Below, piece by piece: positions 25,890 to 38,619 of a stretch of 64,000 nucleotides of DNA (position 1 is its first letter; every line of letters begins with the position of its first letter). The DNA is taken from NCBI GenBank assembly GCA_026770705.1, contig JANJGN010000087.1:62001-126000 (forward strand). Direction: 5' to 3'. Position numbers and translations under genes: made by a program. Below the pieces are notes generated by a model, which saw only the letters and a list, made by a program, of their open reading frames with translations, was not told the DNA's origin and did no database searches. This DNA comes from Isurus oxyrinchus (Eukaryota).

Positions 25890-26716
25890 CATTCGAATCG
25901 AATCTTTGCCCTTTTTGGATTAAGGTTGAATGGGCGTTTTACATCGTTCACCAACTCCTCTCTGAATTTAATCCGGGTAAGAATGTGAATACATGTGTTG
26001 GTGCAATTATTGTGACGCTGCAGCATTGCTGCTCTGATTTCTGTTATATTAACAGTTTGTGGAAATTCAGATAATTGCTATAAACTAGGTGGAATGCCGT
26101 TAACAGAATTAAATTGCCAGAAATTCTGAACATTAAAATGGTGGACATCCTTCGGCTCAACAGCTCTAGTTCCTAGCGATCCTCTTTCTTATTACAGCCC
26201 TGGAGACTTCATCGGATACTATTGGAAACCACAAGATGTCTGATCATTGGGAGATTGAGAAGCAAAATCAGAAGAGCATCAAATATACGGATGATACGGG
26301 TGAAGTAACAATATATTATCAAGTTTATTTATTGGTTCCCGGATAAAGTACCACGAGATCATAACAAAGCAGCCCACCACGCTCACTGTTCCGAAATCGA
26401 CAGCTTCAGTTTTCTCGGTACAATACTTTGTTCTCAGTTTTTTTGCAACAAATGGCCATGAATCGGTCAAAGTTGAAAGCGACTGTGAAACATATGGAAA
26501 GCGCTGTTGCTTCAAAGGACAAGGTGATAATGAGGTAGCACACAGGAGTAATTTTCAGGAAGTAATCTAGGAAATATAGCGCCCCTATCCATTGCAATAT
26601 CGCTTCAGGTAGAACGACAGGGAGATCGGTCACAGCCTTTCCCCGCTGGTGCCCCGTGATACATTTGGGCAGAACGCATTTTCCTCGGGAAAGGATTGCA
26701 ATCGCCGCCATGTTAA
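25890..26716 (-). pseudogene. GPR139/GPR142-like class A GPCR pseudogene (large coding exon)
   Basis: After the acceptor ctctccaag| it reads NMAAIAILSRGKC..TDLPVV..ITPVC..FTVAFNFDRFMAICC / LRTKYCTEKT..LLILLLN..NCTNTCIHILTRIKFREEL. It has frameshifts, stops and internal deletions. The first exon was not found. Confidence 0.85.
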
Positions 26717-28494
26717 CTTGGAGAGGGGGAAAGATAAAGCATAGAAGTTATTGTTAAGATGTGGGGCCACAGCAGGAGGTGGCACAATCTGTGGTTGATG
26801 TTAGTACTTTACTGGAGCATCATCCGATTCACGCTGTTTTTTTTTTGAACCTTTGATTGGGTTTTATTTTTAAAACCAGCAATGATTCAGGAAATCCTGA
26901 AACAATTTGTATCAATTTTATCGATTCCACAGAAAGGACTGAGTGACTCTGCAGTGCAGTGCCAGCCGAGAGGAGGAAGTCAGTTTACACAGGCGGAATC
27001 CAACGTCTGAAATTGTCATGTGGTCTGCATTCGAACGGGAGGGATTCCTTGTGACAACGTTTACTACAGCTGCTTCGTTCTACTGGTACATGCGAATCAA
27101 TCAGTGGTTTGCCGAAACAGTCTTTAAAATAAAATAAATGAACTCACATCGAATTGAGTTCAAGGTTCTGGATACCATTGGGAGAGTAATTTGGAGGCCT
27201 AGACAATGAATCATATATTTAGGAAGACAGGGGCAATGTCATATCCGAGCTGGAAGGAAGACTGGAGCTGATGGATTTGGCAGTTGGATAAACCGATTAA
27301 AATCAGAGTAGGATTAGATAAAAAGGGATATATTTCAGCAGAGTAATAGTGCAAAAATGTCTTTAACAGTTGAATTAGCACAAGAAAACATCATTACCTG
27401 TGCACATTTGTGTTATGGAACCAGTAAGCTGGGAAGAAATCATGTGTGATCAATTCCCTCAGCACATTTTCGAGCATTAAATTTAAACATGTTCTTGAAA
27501 TCATGTTGTTTTTTCTACTGAATTGTCAGATGGTACTAAAATCACGATAGTGAAGCTGTCAACTGACATCATGGAAATGAAAACATGACGATATTATGCC
27601 TAGTCTGCAGTAAGGAAGGAAAATGAAGCTTCAATAAAAAACTCTCTTGAAGGCTTGACAGTTTTAACTCACACCGAGCAGATCCACCATTACTCTGCAC
27701 TATATGTGGCACCATCGTATGTGCAACTTAAAATCAGTTTTGTCTCAATAATTGTTGTGAGCAAATCAGCTGTCCCACCTTATGCATGATTCACACTGAT
27801 GATAGTTTTACATTATTTTGTTCTCTCCAATGCTCTCCAATCTGTTTTCAACGATGATTTTGGCCATTACATCCTGCTTCTCCATTCTATTAGCCAGCCA
27901 GTTTTCAAACTTTAGTATTCACAATCTGTGCAGTTGTTCAGCCGCGGTGAGCAGTTTAACAATTTGAGCAACAATGCATCTCTCCAACTGTTTGTATCAC
28001 GTACAATGCACAGAAAAAAAAAATCATGCATCTTCCAAGTTGACTTCACAAAAATATAAATAAAATAATTGTCTTGTATTTTTGTAGTAAATTATGCACG
28101 CCTTCCTTACGTTTCAGCTATTGACTGTCTACAATCATGCCTTTTAACGAAGCTTTGCAATAACAAAGTCAACTTGAAGATCCTGCCCTCACATATTCCT
28201 TTATTTGACTTTTAGATCAATATCCCATTGAACAAAAACATGTTGTGAATGAATACTTTTTTTTTGCAATTTATGGTCTCTCTTTCCTAATGGGTAGTTT
28301 GCAACAAAAATATTAATTCTGTCCATTGATTGCACAATACTAGATCTAAAATTGCCAGTTGTCGAGTTGGTTCTTCAAGATGCAAGTTCAGGAAACAATC
28401 TTACATGCACCCCAATATATATACCTACACAACATTAGTACTGATTAGTATTTCCCAGTTTATTGTACCTTGAACATCCTCATGATTACTGATA

Positions 28495-29895
28495 TAAGCC
28501 AGGGAAGAACAGTCCAGTGAGTCTCAGGTCAGTTATAGGGAAAATTAGAAAAAGTTCTGAAGGAGAGTCTCTCTCTCCACTTGGAAAGGCAAGTTTTGCT
28601 CAGTGATAGTCAGCATGACTTTGTCAGAGTGAGGTCATGCCTAACAAGTTTGATTCAGTTTTTTGAGGAGGTGACCAGATGTGTAGATGATGGTGCAGTT
28701 GGCGTAGCTTAAATGGATTTCAGCAAAGCTTGTGACAAGGTCCCACATTGGAGACTTATAAAGAATGCAAATGCACATGGGATTCAGGGTTATTTGATAA
28801 GGTGAATTCAAAATTGCTTAAAGTGAAGGAGGTAGAGCGTGATGACAGAAGGATGCTTTAGTGGCTGGAAACCCGGTCCATCCAGTGGCGTACCAAAGGG
28901 ATCTGTGCTCGGTCCACCATTTTTGTCAATCATATAAATGACATATTTGACTATGCGGGGGTTATGATTAGTAATTTTGCGTATGACACAAAGATTCGCT
29001 GGCTAGTTAGCAGTGAGTTTCAGTGTCTTGTGGATCAGGAAGATATAGATGAGAAGGTCAAGTGGGCAAATAAGAAACAGATGGAATTTAACCATGAAAA
29101 GTGTGAGGTGATATATATTGGAAAGATGACTTTGTCAAGGAAGTATTCAATGAACAGAATGTCACTTGGATGTTCTGAGGAACAAAGGAAACTTGGCGTG
29201 TGTGTCCATAGTTCCCTGGAGGCAGAGGGGCACGTTGGTGGGACTGTGAGAAAGGCTTATTGGAGACTTGCCTTTATAAAACAAGGCACAGATTAGAAAA
29301 GGAGGGAGGACATGTTGGAGCTTTATAGACCATTATTGAGACCACAGCTGGAGTAATGTGTGCAACCCTACTCGCCACATGAAAGGAAGGATGTGTTTGC
29401 ACTGGAGATGGTGCAAAGGGGATTCACCAGGATGTTGCCTGGGATGAAACATTTAAGCTCTGTAGAGAGTTTGAATAGATTGGGTTGTTTTTGTTGGAGC
29501 TGAGAAGACTGAGGGACGACATGATCGAGGTTTACAGGATTATGAGGGACATGGGCAGGTTGGATAGGGAATAGATGTTCCCCATATTTGACCTCTCAAG
29601 GGGGCATACTTTAAGGTGAGGGATAGGAGGTTTAGGGGGGATGTGAGGAAAACTTTTTTTTTTTACCAGAGGCTGGTAACGGTCTGTATTGCACTGTCTG
29701 GAAGGGTGGTGGTGGCATGTTGCCTCACATACTTTAAAAAATACAAGGATGAGCATTTGGCACGTCATAACATTTAAGGCTATGGGCCAAGTTCTGGGAA
29801 ATGGAAATAGGTTGTTAGGTCTGGTTGTAATCTCGTGTCGTTGCAGACTCGATGGGCCGAATGGCCTGTTCTGCGCTGAGATGCTGTGATTCCGA
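28495..29895 (+). mobile_element. 5'-truncated CR1-type LINE (RT region to 3' end)
   Basis: Motifs MDFSKACDKVPH, SGVPKGSVLGP, ISNFAYDTKI and QMEFNHEKCEVI; closely similar to 9150-10560. Confidence 0.9.
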
Positions 29896-30549
29896 TGCCA
29901 TGCTTCCGTGATTATGGTAGTATTATTGTTACAAGCACTAAAATTTTCCTGAATTATTTTATGACTTACTTTGCAGTTGCTGTTTCATGCATTGTTTTTG
30001 GAGCTTGCTGTTTGCTAATTCCACCTAAGTTAATTCCATGCATTTATCTTCGGATCCAAGGTTATCTGTCACTACAGTATCAATACTGTTTTATTAACTG
30101 TGCTATCCACAACATCTGCCTGTTCTACCTGATTGTTCAATGCCATTCAATAATCAGTTCGCAGCATTTCTTTCCTTGTAGCCATGTCACTGCAGATTTT
30201 ATATCGGAGCTGGAAAACGTCAATCACAAACAGGTAGTAGTAGGGAAAGGAAAGAACACATTATAATTACTGTGGCAATGTGGATTACAGATAATGGAAA
30301 CTATTCTATATTTCAGTTTTCCAAAAAAGGATGTAGCTTATAAACAAAATATGCCCCTTGAGTGACTCCTGCAATTTGACATACATAGCAGCTCAGTTCA
30401 ATTTGTTTTAATGCTTTAGCGTGTCTCAGGAACCCTTGCAAGCCAGTTATGTTCATAGTTCTTACTTCATATCAAACATTAGTTTGTACCTTGCAATACA
30501 GCGACCAAGTAGAGGGCACACTAGAACAGAGAACAAGATGCTTCCTTCA

Positions 30550-30735
30550 TTTAAAAAACAGAACATGTTTGAATAGATCCCGTATGCCTGGCAGCATCAG
30601 TTCAGATAATAAGAACTCAGTTTTTTTGGAACTCTGAATTCCAAAGAGGAAACATATTGGACTGGCAAGGTTAACTCTTTTTCTCTCTCCACGGAAGCTG
30701 CCAGTCCTTCTGAGCTTTTCCAGCATGTTGTGTAC
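30550..30735. mobile_element. Degenerate inverted PLE pLTR pair
   Basis: A minus-orientation arm (cctggcagcatcag) is followed by a plus arm (ctctttt..gaagctgccagtccttctgagcttttccagc). Confidence 0.45.
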
Positions 30736-30999
30736 TTATTACAGGCCTCCACTGACTGCACAAAATTGCTTTTAAATTCCATACATAATTTGCCGCGTTG
30801 CTGAGTGACAGATCAGTACAACGTCTAACTTTGATACAAAATGACTCATTAGTGAGTTGTAGCAATATCCGCATGTTCAATGAATCCAGTATAGGAAAGC
30901 AGAAGCAGTACACCAACATGACTAATTCACCAGGATGGATTTGTTGTGGCCCTGAAAAATGACAGACATCAGGGAAAGAGTGCTCTCAATGTAACCTTG

Positions 31000-31570
31000 T
31001 GGATGAAATTTATTATTCCTCTAAGGGGGGCTCTGCCGTTTCGTACAGAAATAAAGCTGATTTCCAGAGGAAAAACGGTCCACGTATGATTAGCGAAAGA
31101 GACCAGGTGACGAAGAAAGTGCATTTGGTGATGTAGTAGGTGCCAATTGCAAACACAGTAAAATAATTGATCTTTAGGTTTGTGGAAAGTAGGTATAGAT
31201 GGGAGTCTAGCATGATGCTGATGCAGAGGAGCAGGTCGAGGGCGGAAGTGCAGGATATTGGACAGTCATGGTCGAGATCCCTGTGTGCCCCAATGAAGCC
31301 GACTTATGGGCAGAGCATGGAGGAAATAATTTCTATAGTAGTGTTGTGGAACGTGGCCCAATTAATACAGATGTGATGAAGGCGGAGGAATATGAAAAAT
31401 CAACTGCGAAATTACAGGAAGCAGAATGGCAGGAATAATGATAAAGATTGGTGTACATGACAGCAGCATTGTTATACGTATTGTAAACAGTCTATCCCCA
31501 CAAATGGAAATAGGAAGTCGAGCGAGGAAGCGGGAGGCCTCACAGATAAGTCATGCATAGGGAGGACAGC
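31000..31570 (-). mobile_element. Degenerate Penelope-like RT/linker fragment
   Basis: The reverse strand resembles the PLE motif GDRL..Y..SSHP.SC...FLRLRRIC...ATFH; heavily decayed. Confidence 0.5.
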
Positions 31571-32234
31571 AATTGAATTATTTTATATAATAGATAGGTG
31601 GTCTATTCCAAGTCAACACCAGTAAACTAAAGGCAGAATAACATAGCAGTTAAAATATCAGAAATAATGTTCCCTTCACATAAACAAAGGGATAGCTAGG
31701 ACTCTTAAGGATTTAATATAATTATTCTGCTTTCATTGGAGAAATGCTGTAGATGCAAAGGTGATTTTTCCAATAAGAGTTAAGCTTCGACAGATGAAGA
31801 TTGTTGCTGTTACAAGGCAATTATTTGGACTGACGTATATGAATGAAAAAGATGGGTCGTTTGGAAAGCGTGGAAGGGGTCAGCGATGAAGCAATCCACA
31901 GAATTCCCAGTAACGTAGGAGGCTAAAAATCCACTTGTAATCTTGGTGAATAATAATTAATAGGGATGAGGGAGAGATCGAGACTACCCATTCTGAGAAG
32001 AGACAGAAGTGGCTTTTCCAAGTATTGTGCTGCACTGGATTTGAACGTAAACCTGAGGGATGGTGGTAGTGGGTGCCATGCCAGGCTGTCCTTAACAGAA
32101 GCTGAGGTGTTAGAATGAATGGATTTCCAACTCAGTGATAGAGTTGTGGAGCGACTTAGTGTATTGGTGAGCGATGAACTTGCAGAAAGATTGGTTGTTC
32201 CGGCGTGGTCTGGAGAGGTAGACGGAATGGATGT

Positions 32235-32625
32235 CATAGTACAAAGAAAAGTACAGCACAGGAACAGGTCCTTCCGGCTCCAAGCCTGCGTCGATCATAT
32301 TGACCATCAACTAAAACATTTTGCACTATCCCTCTATTGCCGTCCTATTCATGTATTTGTCAAGCTGTGTTTTCAACACCTCTATCGTTCTTGATCCTTT
32401 GGAGTTCGCTGCCACATGAATTAGTACAGGCCAAAACATTGCATGTTTTAAAGGAAGACTTGATATAGCTCTTGGGGTGAAATGGTTCAAAGGATGTTGG
32501 AAAAAAGCTGGAGCAGGATATTGAGCTGGATGATCAGCAATGATCATAATGAATGATGGAGCAGGGTCGAAGGGCCCAATGGCCTACCCCTGCTCCAATT
32601 TCTATATTTCTATGTTCCTATGTTT
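32235..32625. mobile_element. Two CR1 3'-end fragments in opposite orientation
   Basis: A minus-strand 3' end at ~32235-32390 and a plus-strand 3' end at ~32420-32625 ending in a TTCTAT(G) microsatellite tail. Confidence 0.65.
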
Positions 32626-32629
32626 CACA

Positions 32630-33140
32630 TAAACTCTCTCCCTATCTCTCTCTCTCACACACAAACACACATGTGCAAAGAAACACTCACTCACGCAAAC
32701 ACACACAGAAATACACACAGACACAACACGCACACACACACAAAAAATCACACAAACGCGCAAATGCGCAGACACACATATGAATACACATAGGCAAACA
32801 AAAAATGATTCACACCTGCTCACATAATTACTGTCACAAGCAGAGATACTCAAGCACACGGACAAAATCTCACAAGCACTCCCTGACACACAAACACACA
32901 GAAAAGCACACGTGCACACACTAACAGCATTACACATATATCAGGTACATAAACACACGGGAGTTTCCACATTCGCAGAAATTTTAAGATAAACACCCGT
33001 TTTCACACACAGAAATATACAGGAATAAACATACACGTCTCTCCCTCTCTCTTACACACACACATTCATGAACACACAAATGAACAGACACACACATGCA
33101 CACACAGGCACATACATACACATTATCTCACACACGCAGC
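32630..33140. repeat. (CA)n-rich low-complexity tract
   Basis: Degenerate CA repeats. Confidence 0.85.
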
Positions 33141-33559
33141 CAATGACTCAGACAAGGACTTTCAGGCACCAATATGCAGGATAATCCCACAATGCACATC
33201 ACCATGTCTATACAATCCACTGGCTCCACGTGCACCTGTCCTCTCCGAGTCCCCCTTCCGGTGACCTCAGCAGCCCCAACTCCACATGCCGAGGAGGGTA
33301 CCTCTTCCACATTTTAGGACCACGAAAGCAGGCTGGGTACCTCCAGAGGCTGCCCGTCAAGGTAAACACAATCAACAGGCTGTGTCCACTTCTGATCTGC
33401 ATTCTGGGGTTCAACAATACGTATGGGCAGAGTTTGGAAGTTTGGGAAATGGACTTGCAGAGCCTGGGCAAGTGTGTTAATCCCTTCTACTTCACTAGTA
33501 TAAATTAACTCCCCAGAATGTGCCTTTCCTGTGTCTCCTTGTTATGATGAGCAGTGTTT

Positions 33560-35090
33560 GTGACACTCGGATATGAAGTTTGATAATCTGTATATTTGCA
33601 GCAATACATCCCCCCTCCTTTACTCGAATCTTCCAGCTATGAAGGCCGACACACCATCCGCCTCCCCCATTGACCACTGCACTAGCATGCTTACCCTCAA
33701 TGGCAGGTGCACAAGGATCCCCATACCTCTTTGCCCACTCCCCTCACTCAATTCAAAGCCATTCAGATAACGATCTGCCCTCCCATCCCTGCGACCAGAG
33801 TGGACAAACTCACATCCGTCCCCAGCACACTGCTTCTGGCATGCAGCAGCCCACCCACTCAACCTGTCCAAATCACACCGAAGCATCTCCGCATCCTCCA
33901 CACAGCTCACCCTCCCAACCAGAACCATGCCATCTGCAAATTCGGAGACACCACACCCAGCTCCCTCGTCCAAACCATCGACACACACCCTGAATAATTT
34001 GGATGTCAGCAACGACCCCCGCAGCACTGCTCTATTCACTGCCTGCCATTCGGTAAAAGACCTGCTCATGACCGCTCCCTAATTCTTGCCTGCCAACCAG
34101 TCTTCTGTCCGTCTCTGACTCTGTCCGATTCTGCCACTGCTTCCCAAGGGCTCACCTACCAAATATTCCAAATTCAACTCCTGAATTCTCCACACCACCG
34201 TTGTCAGCCCGACTGGTCAACAACTCCCTGCCTTCTCTCTAACTCCCCTTCCAAATTTTGCTGTTCCATTAGTTAAACTCCAACCCGCAGGAACTTTACC
34301 CGACTCTACAGAATCTCGGGATATGACCACCAGTGCATCCACCACTTAAAGGGCGACCTCCCCAAGTACACTGGGACGTAGAAAATCAGGCCCCAGGTTT
34401 CCACTGGCCCTCAATCCCATCAATCCCTCCAACACCATTTTTGTGGTCCCTTACAGCTCCTCCCTTACACTCTAGACCCTGCTCTCCAACATTTCTGGCA
34501 CGTCATCCACGTCCTCCTTTGTGAAGTCAGAACAAAAGTATCCATCTGGTTGGTCAGCCACCTCTTCGTTCTCAATCATAAATCACCTGTTTCTGACTCT
34601 AAGAGACCCGCACATGTATCCACCAACCCTTCCCTCCTCACAATCTATAGAAGCGTTAACAGTCAGTTGATATTTTCCCGCAACTCTACTCGCACACTCC
34701 ACCCTCGCCACTTAATCAATCCCCTGGTCTTCCCCTGACGAACTCTAAAGTGCTCCCAATCCTCATGTTTTTCCCTTTTTCCCCTCCAACTTGTCTTCTG
34801 CTTCCTTGGATCCAACACTATCCCCAATTTCCCCTGTAGGCCATGGATCAGACACCATTGCTATCTCCCCCTTGCGCCAGACATGAACAAACAAGTGTTG
34901 AAGCCACAAAGCTCCCCCCAAATATCCGTCACTGCCCATCCACCGTCATCCCTCCAAACAACGTTTCCAAATCCAGCATAGGCAGGCCGCACCCCAAACC
35001 ATCGCAGTCTTCTCCATTATGTTTCAGGACCCTTGTTTCAGAACAAAATACGTCACTCTCTGTCCTCATGAAAAACCATATCATAGTCAC
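33560..35090 (-). mobile_element. CR1-type LINE ORF2 fragment with sense-strand A-to-G hypermutation
   Basis: ORF 33620-34069(-) aligns to CR1 RT, but with IYIND>VCVDG, NISKFADD>GVSEFADG, DKCE>DGCE and KKANGML>GEADGVS. Confidence 0.9.
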
Positions 35091-35099
35091 TTAACATCA

Positions 35100-35850
35100 C
35101 TGGGGAGGGATGAAAGTGTAGAAGGACTGGATGCCCGCGGAGGGAGATGTGTAGAGGTACCGGATGCCAGGGGTGAGTGAGGTGGCCTGGACAAGCTGGA
35201 TGTCTGGCTCAGTAATGGGAATGCAGTCTTACTATGTGCCAGGCTGAGGGATGAATGTGTAGAGGGAAAATGTATGCTGTTGAGTGTCCGATGCGCAGGA
35301 TAACTGCATGCCCTGTGATGGATGCAGGTGAGGAGTGACTGCCAGTCATATTGCGGGATGGAGGTGAAGAGAGATTGCTTTTCCTGGTGAAGATGAAGGG
35401 GTAGAGGGTATGAATACCTTGTTGGTAGACGAAGGTGGAGAGGGATTGAATTTCCTCGTGAGGCATGGAAAGGTGGAAAGATTGTGTGCCCTAGAGAGGA
35501 ATGTAGATGTGGATGCGGCATTTAGGTGAAGAGGAACAAGATATCCATTGAGGGAATGTTATGCAGAGGGACTACAAGATGTGGCGACTGATGGAGTTAA
35601 AGAAGGACTGAATGTCATTGTGAGGGATGTTGGCATAGTGAAACTGGATGTCTTGTTGAACAACATATATTCAGAGGGACCAATTGTATTGCTGAGGTAT
35701 GTGTGTGTAGAAGAACTGGATGCCCTGCTGATGAATGGATTTGCAGGGGGACTGAATGTTGTCGTGATGCATGAGGCTTAGAGGGATTGGGAAACCTGGT
35801 GAAGATAGAGTTCTATGGGGATTGGCTGTTCTGCTGAGGGAAGGATGCAT
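35100..35850. repeat. Degenerate ~35-36-bp purine-rich minisatellite
   Basis: An ACTGGATGYC-like core recurs at ~35126, 35159, 35195, 35231, 35303, 35338 and onward. Confidence 0.55.
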
Positions 35851-36179
35851 CACGTTTTTATTCTTTTGTGGTATGCGGGAGTGGTGGTAAATTCAGATTT
35901 TGTTGCTGATTCCTAATTGCCCTTTAATTATAGAGTTCTAAGGAAGGGAATTCCAGGACCCTAAACCAACAACATGGAAGGAACGGTGATACAGATGTAG
36001 TGCTATGTCCTAGTTGTTGTAGGGGAACTGGATGTCCATTGTGAAGCAGAATTAGTGAAGGCCAGGATACTAGAAATGGTTAAGCATGTTGCATATTGTC
36101 TGAAGAGAATTGTAAATGACTTTCAAAATATTAGTGATAGCAAGAAGTGAGAATGATGTGTCAGACAGCTATACCATTT

Positions 36180-36640
36180 TTATAAAGGAATTTGCGTGAT
36201 GTTGCATCACTTGCTAGGCCACTATACCCTGCCCATTGCCAATTGCCCTGATATTTATGATGGGAGCCAAATTCCTGTGGTGTAGATACATTCTCTGTGC
36301 GGTTCAGTGGGATTTCCAGGAATTTTGTGCATCGGCAGTAAAAGAACGAAAATATACTTCCAAGTCCATACGGTGTGTGAGACTTGGATGGGAAATTGCA
36401 GGTAGCATCGCTTCCATGCGCCTGCTGCCCTTGTCCTTCTATGTAGGAGATCTCGTGTGTGTGGAAGTTTTGCCAAAATAATTTTACGCAGTATTTGCAG
36501 TGTATCTTTGAAATGGTACACACTGCTAGCATTGTCAAAGGGAGAGGGAATGATTTATTTAAGGCCGTAGTTGGCGGGTGGTGCAGCAGTCAAGCAGGCG
36601 ACTTTGTACTGGATGTTCTTGAGTGTCTTGAATGTTATGG
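36180..36640 (-). mobile_element. 3' fragment of the second non-LTR family, minus strand
   Basis: Reverse complement of the 25070-25590 and 45700-46200 type sequence. Confidence 0.7.
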
Positions 36641-37821
36641 GAATTCAGAAGGATGTAGAATATGCTCGAGTAGACTGTGGCGTGAGGGGGAATTAGTTTC
36701 CTGTGTGCATAACTCCAGCATCCATGGTGTCCCGAGAGTGTCTGGGGAAGGATGGCTTGATGTCAACTGTTGGTGTCTCGCTACAGGTGAAGACAGGACA
36801 AAATTCCAAACAGCTGGTGATTTGGTTCCACCAGCTGGAAGATTGGCAACAAACATTAAGCGCGATTACGTCTCCACCAGCCTTTCAGAGAAGGAAGAAT
36901 TTTTTCCCTGAGCGTACATAGCACAGCAGGTTCACAGGGACAGAACACAGAGTGCTAGAGCTGAGCGTTTATTTAATCAATCCGGCCCATGACCCTTTCA
37001 CAGACAGGAAACATGAGCACTGTTTCTCTAACAGTCTATGTTATGTCATTATTTGAACATTTTTACTCTATTTTGTGCTGTATTTGTTATAATGGTGGCC
37101 CTCTGCATGTGGTCATGCCTGATACAATCGCCAACCTCATGGAACTAAAATAAGAGCTGCTGGGGGATAGTGCACGGTGAATTATTTCTCCTGAGTCAGT
37201 TAGATCTGAGCTCCACTGATGGACAACTGAGCAGTTATGTTATAATAGTAAAGTATTGGAGACATATTGAATTCTGAATGTTTTCCTCCCTCCAGACTCG
37301 ATAACCCGACAGTTAGATGTTGTGCTGTCAAGCAACATTGTGCTGTTTTGAGCTGCTATGAGAATGCAGCTCTCTGTGTCCCACGTATGTGGCAGTCTAG
37401 AGAGAAAGTACACTAAATGGAGGTAAAACAAATATTCCATTTATTGCCCTGTTCCAACCCTTCATTTGTAAGGCATTTGGAAAAAAAAACTATTACAAAA
37501 TGGAACTGAAAATAACTTTTAATGATAGTCATCGGTTCTTCAATTCTCTTGATGGGTTGTATTGTCGATACAGCGGAGTGTGCTACAGTTTAATAATATA
37601 CATGAAAATGCTCGAAAAAAATCCATTGTCCTTCAATTCTGATTAGGCAGTATTTATACTTTTTAAGATAATTTATAGATTTAAGAAACGAATCTAGATG
37701 TCTCCACACAAGGTAACGTTTGTTTTTTTTTCTCAAAACATGTTTATGTCGGAAAGTTAAGCATCTTCCAGATGGATATATTTATTGAAAACTTAAGGTC
37801 GTTCCCTCAGATATCACACAG

Positions 37822-37871
37822 TTAGTCACATGCGTGGGACTTCGGATCCTCGATTTGTCGATGTATTTTAC
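37822..37871 (-). CDS. Candidate terminal coding exon of the SRCR receptor (GKIHRQIEDPKSHACD*)
   Basis: Pyrimidine-rich acceptor catctttcag|, phase-1 compatible, stop TAA, and AATAAA on the minus strand at 37786-37781. No homology support. Confidence 0.3.
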
Positions 37872-38619
37872 CTGAAAGATGGGTTAAAATAATATTGCTT
37901 TAGAGAGAGGGTTGCAACTATTTCCGCCATCATCTAAATGAAAGCGATGCATTCATTTTATTCTTCGGACTATTTCCAAATCAAATAGTTTTTTTTTGTT
38001 GTTTGTTGAATTGAAAATAAAAAACATCAAATTATCATTGATAATTTCCGCATCATTAAAAGCATCGGAACAACTCCATGTAATGATATGGTAAAGACCA
38101 GAGAGGGCTTCATAGTCCCTAACTATGCGGAACAAGCTTGTAGCCGGTAATAAAGCATTACTTTCCCAGTTTAATGCATATGTTGTAAAGTTTGAGCAAT
38201 ACCCTCACTGCTTTCTGGGGACAGATTGGGCGGGTTTTTGAATGTTTCACAGAGGACATTGTCATACATATCAGGAATGGGAGGAACCGATAAGGCGTAA
38301 TCAAAAATAACCTGAGTGTTAAGCACTTAGGATGAACATATTATTGGTTAATAATGGGCTGAGAGCGGGTGCATTTCAGGTGCCTGGTGTGTTTGTGCAC
38401 AAGCGAGTAAGCATGTGTGTGGGTGTGGGACAGCACCATGAAGAAGTTAGAATTTATTTATTTATGAATGAAAGAGAAATGATGTTTATTTTTGCCCGGG
38501 CTGCGTTGTGCTGCTGGGAGGCAACAGACGACGTCCTGCAAAGCCTGATGTTTCATGTTGAGCACTCGACGTATTCCTGCTAGGGGTCTGAACAAATGAG
38601 AAAATCACAGCAAACAGCA

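Noticed and set aside
27480-28490. Possible very old minus-strand CR1 remnants (similar weak traces at 47770-48250 and 54820-55180)
   Set aside because: They are too degenerate to bound or classify by eye.
38035-38125. Possible tail exon VRDYEALSGLYHII...
   Set aside because: The acceptor is plausible but there is no GT donor at the expected position and no homology support.
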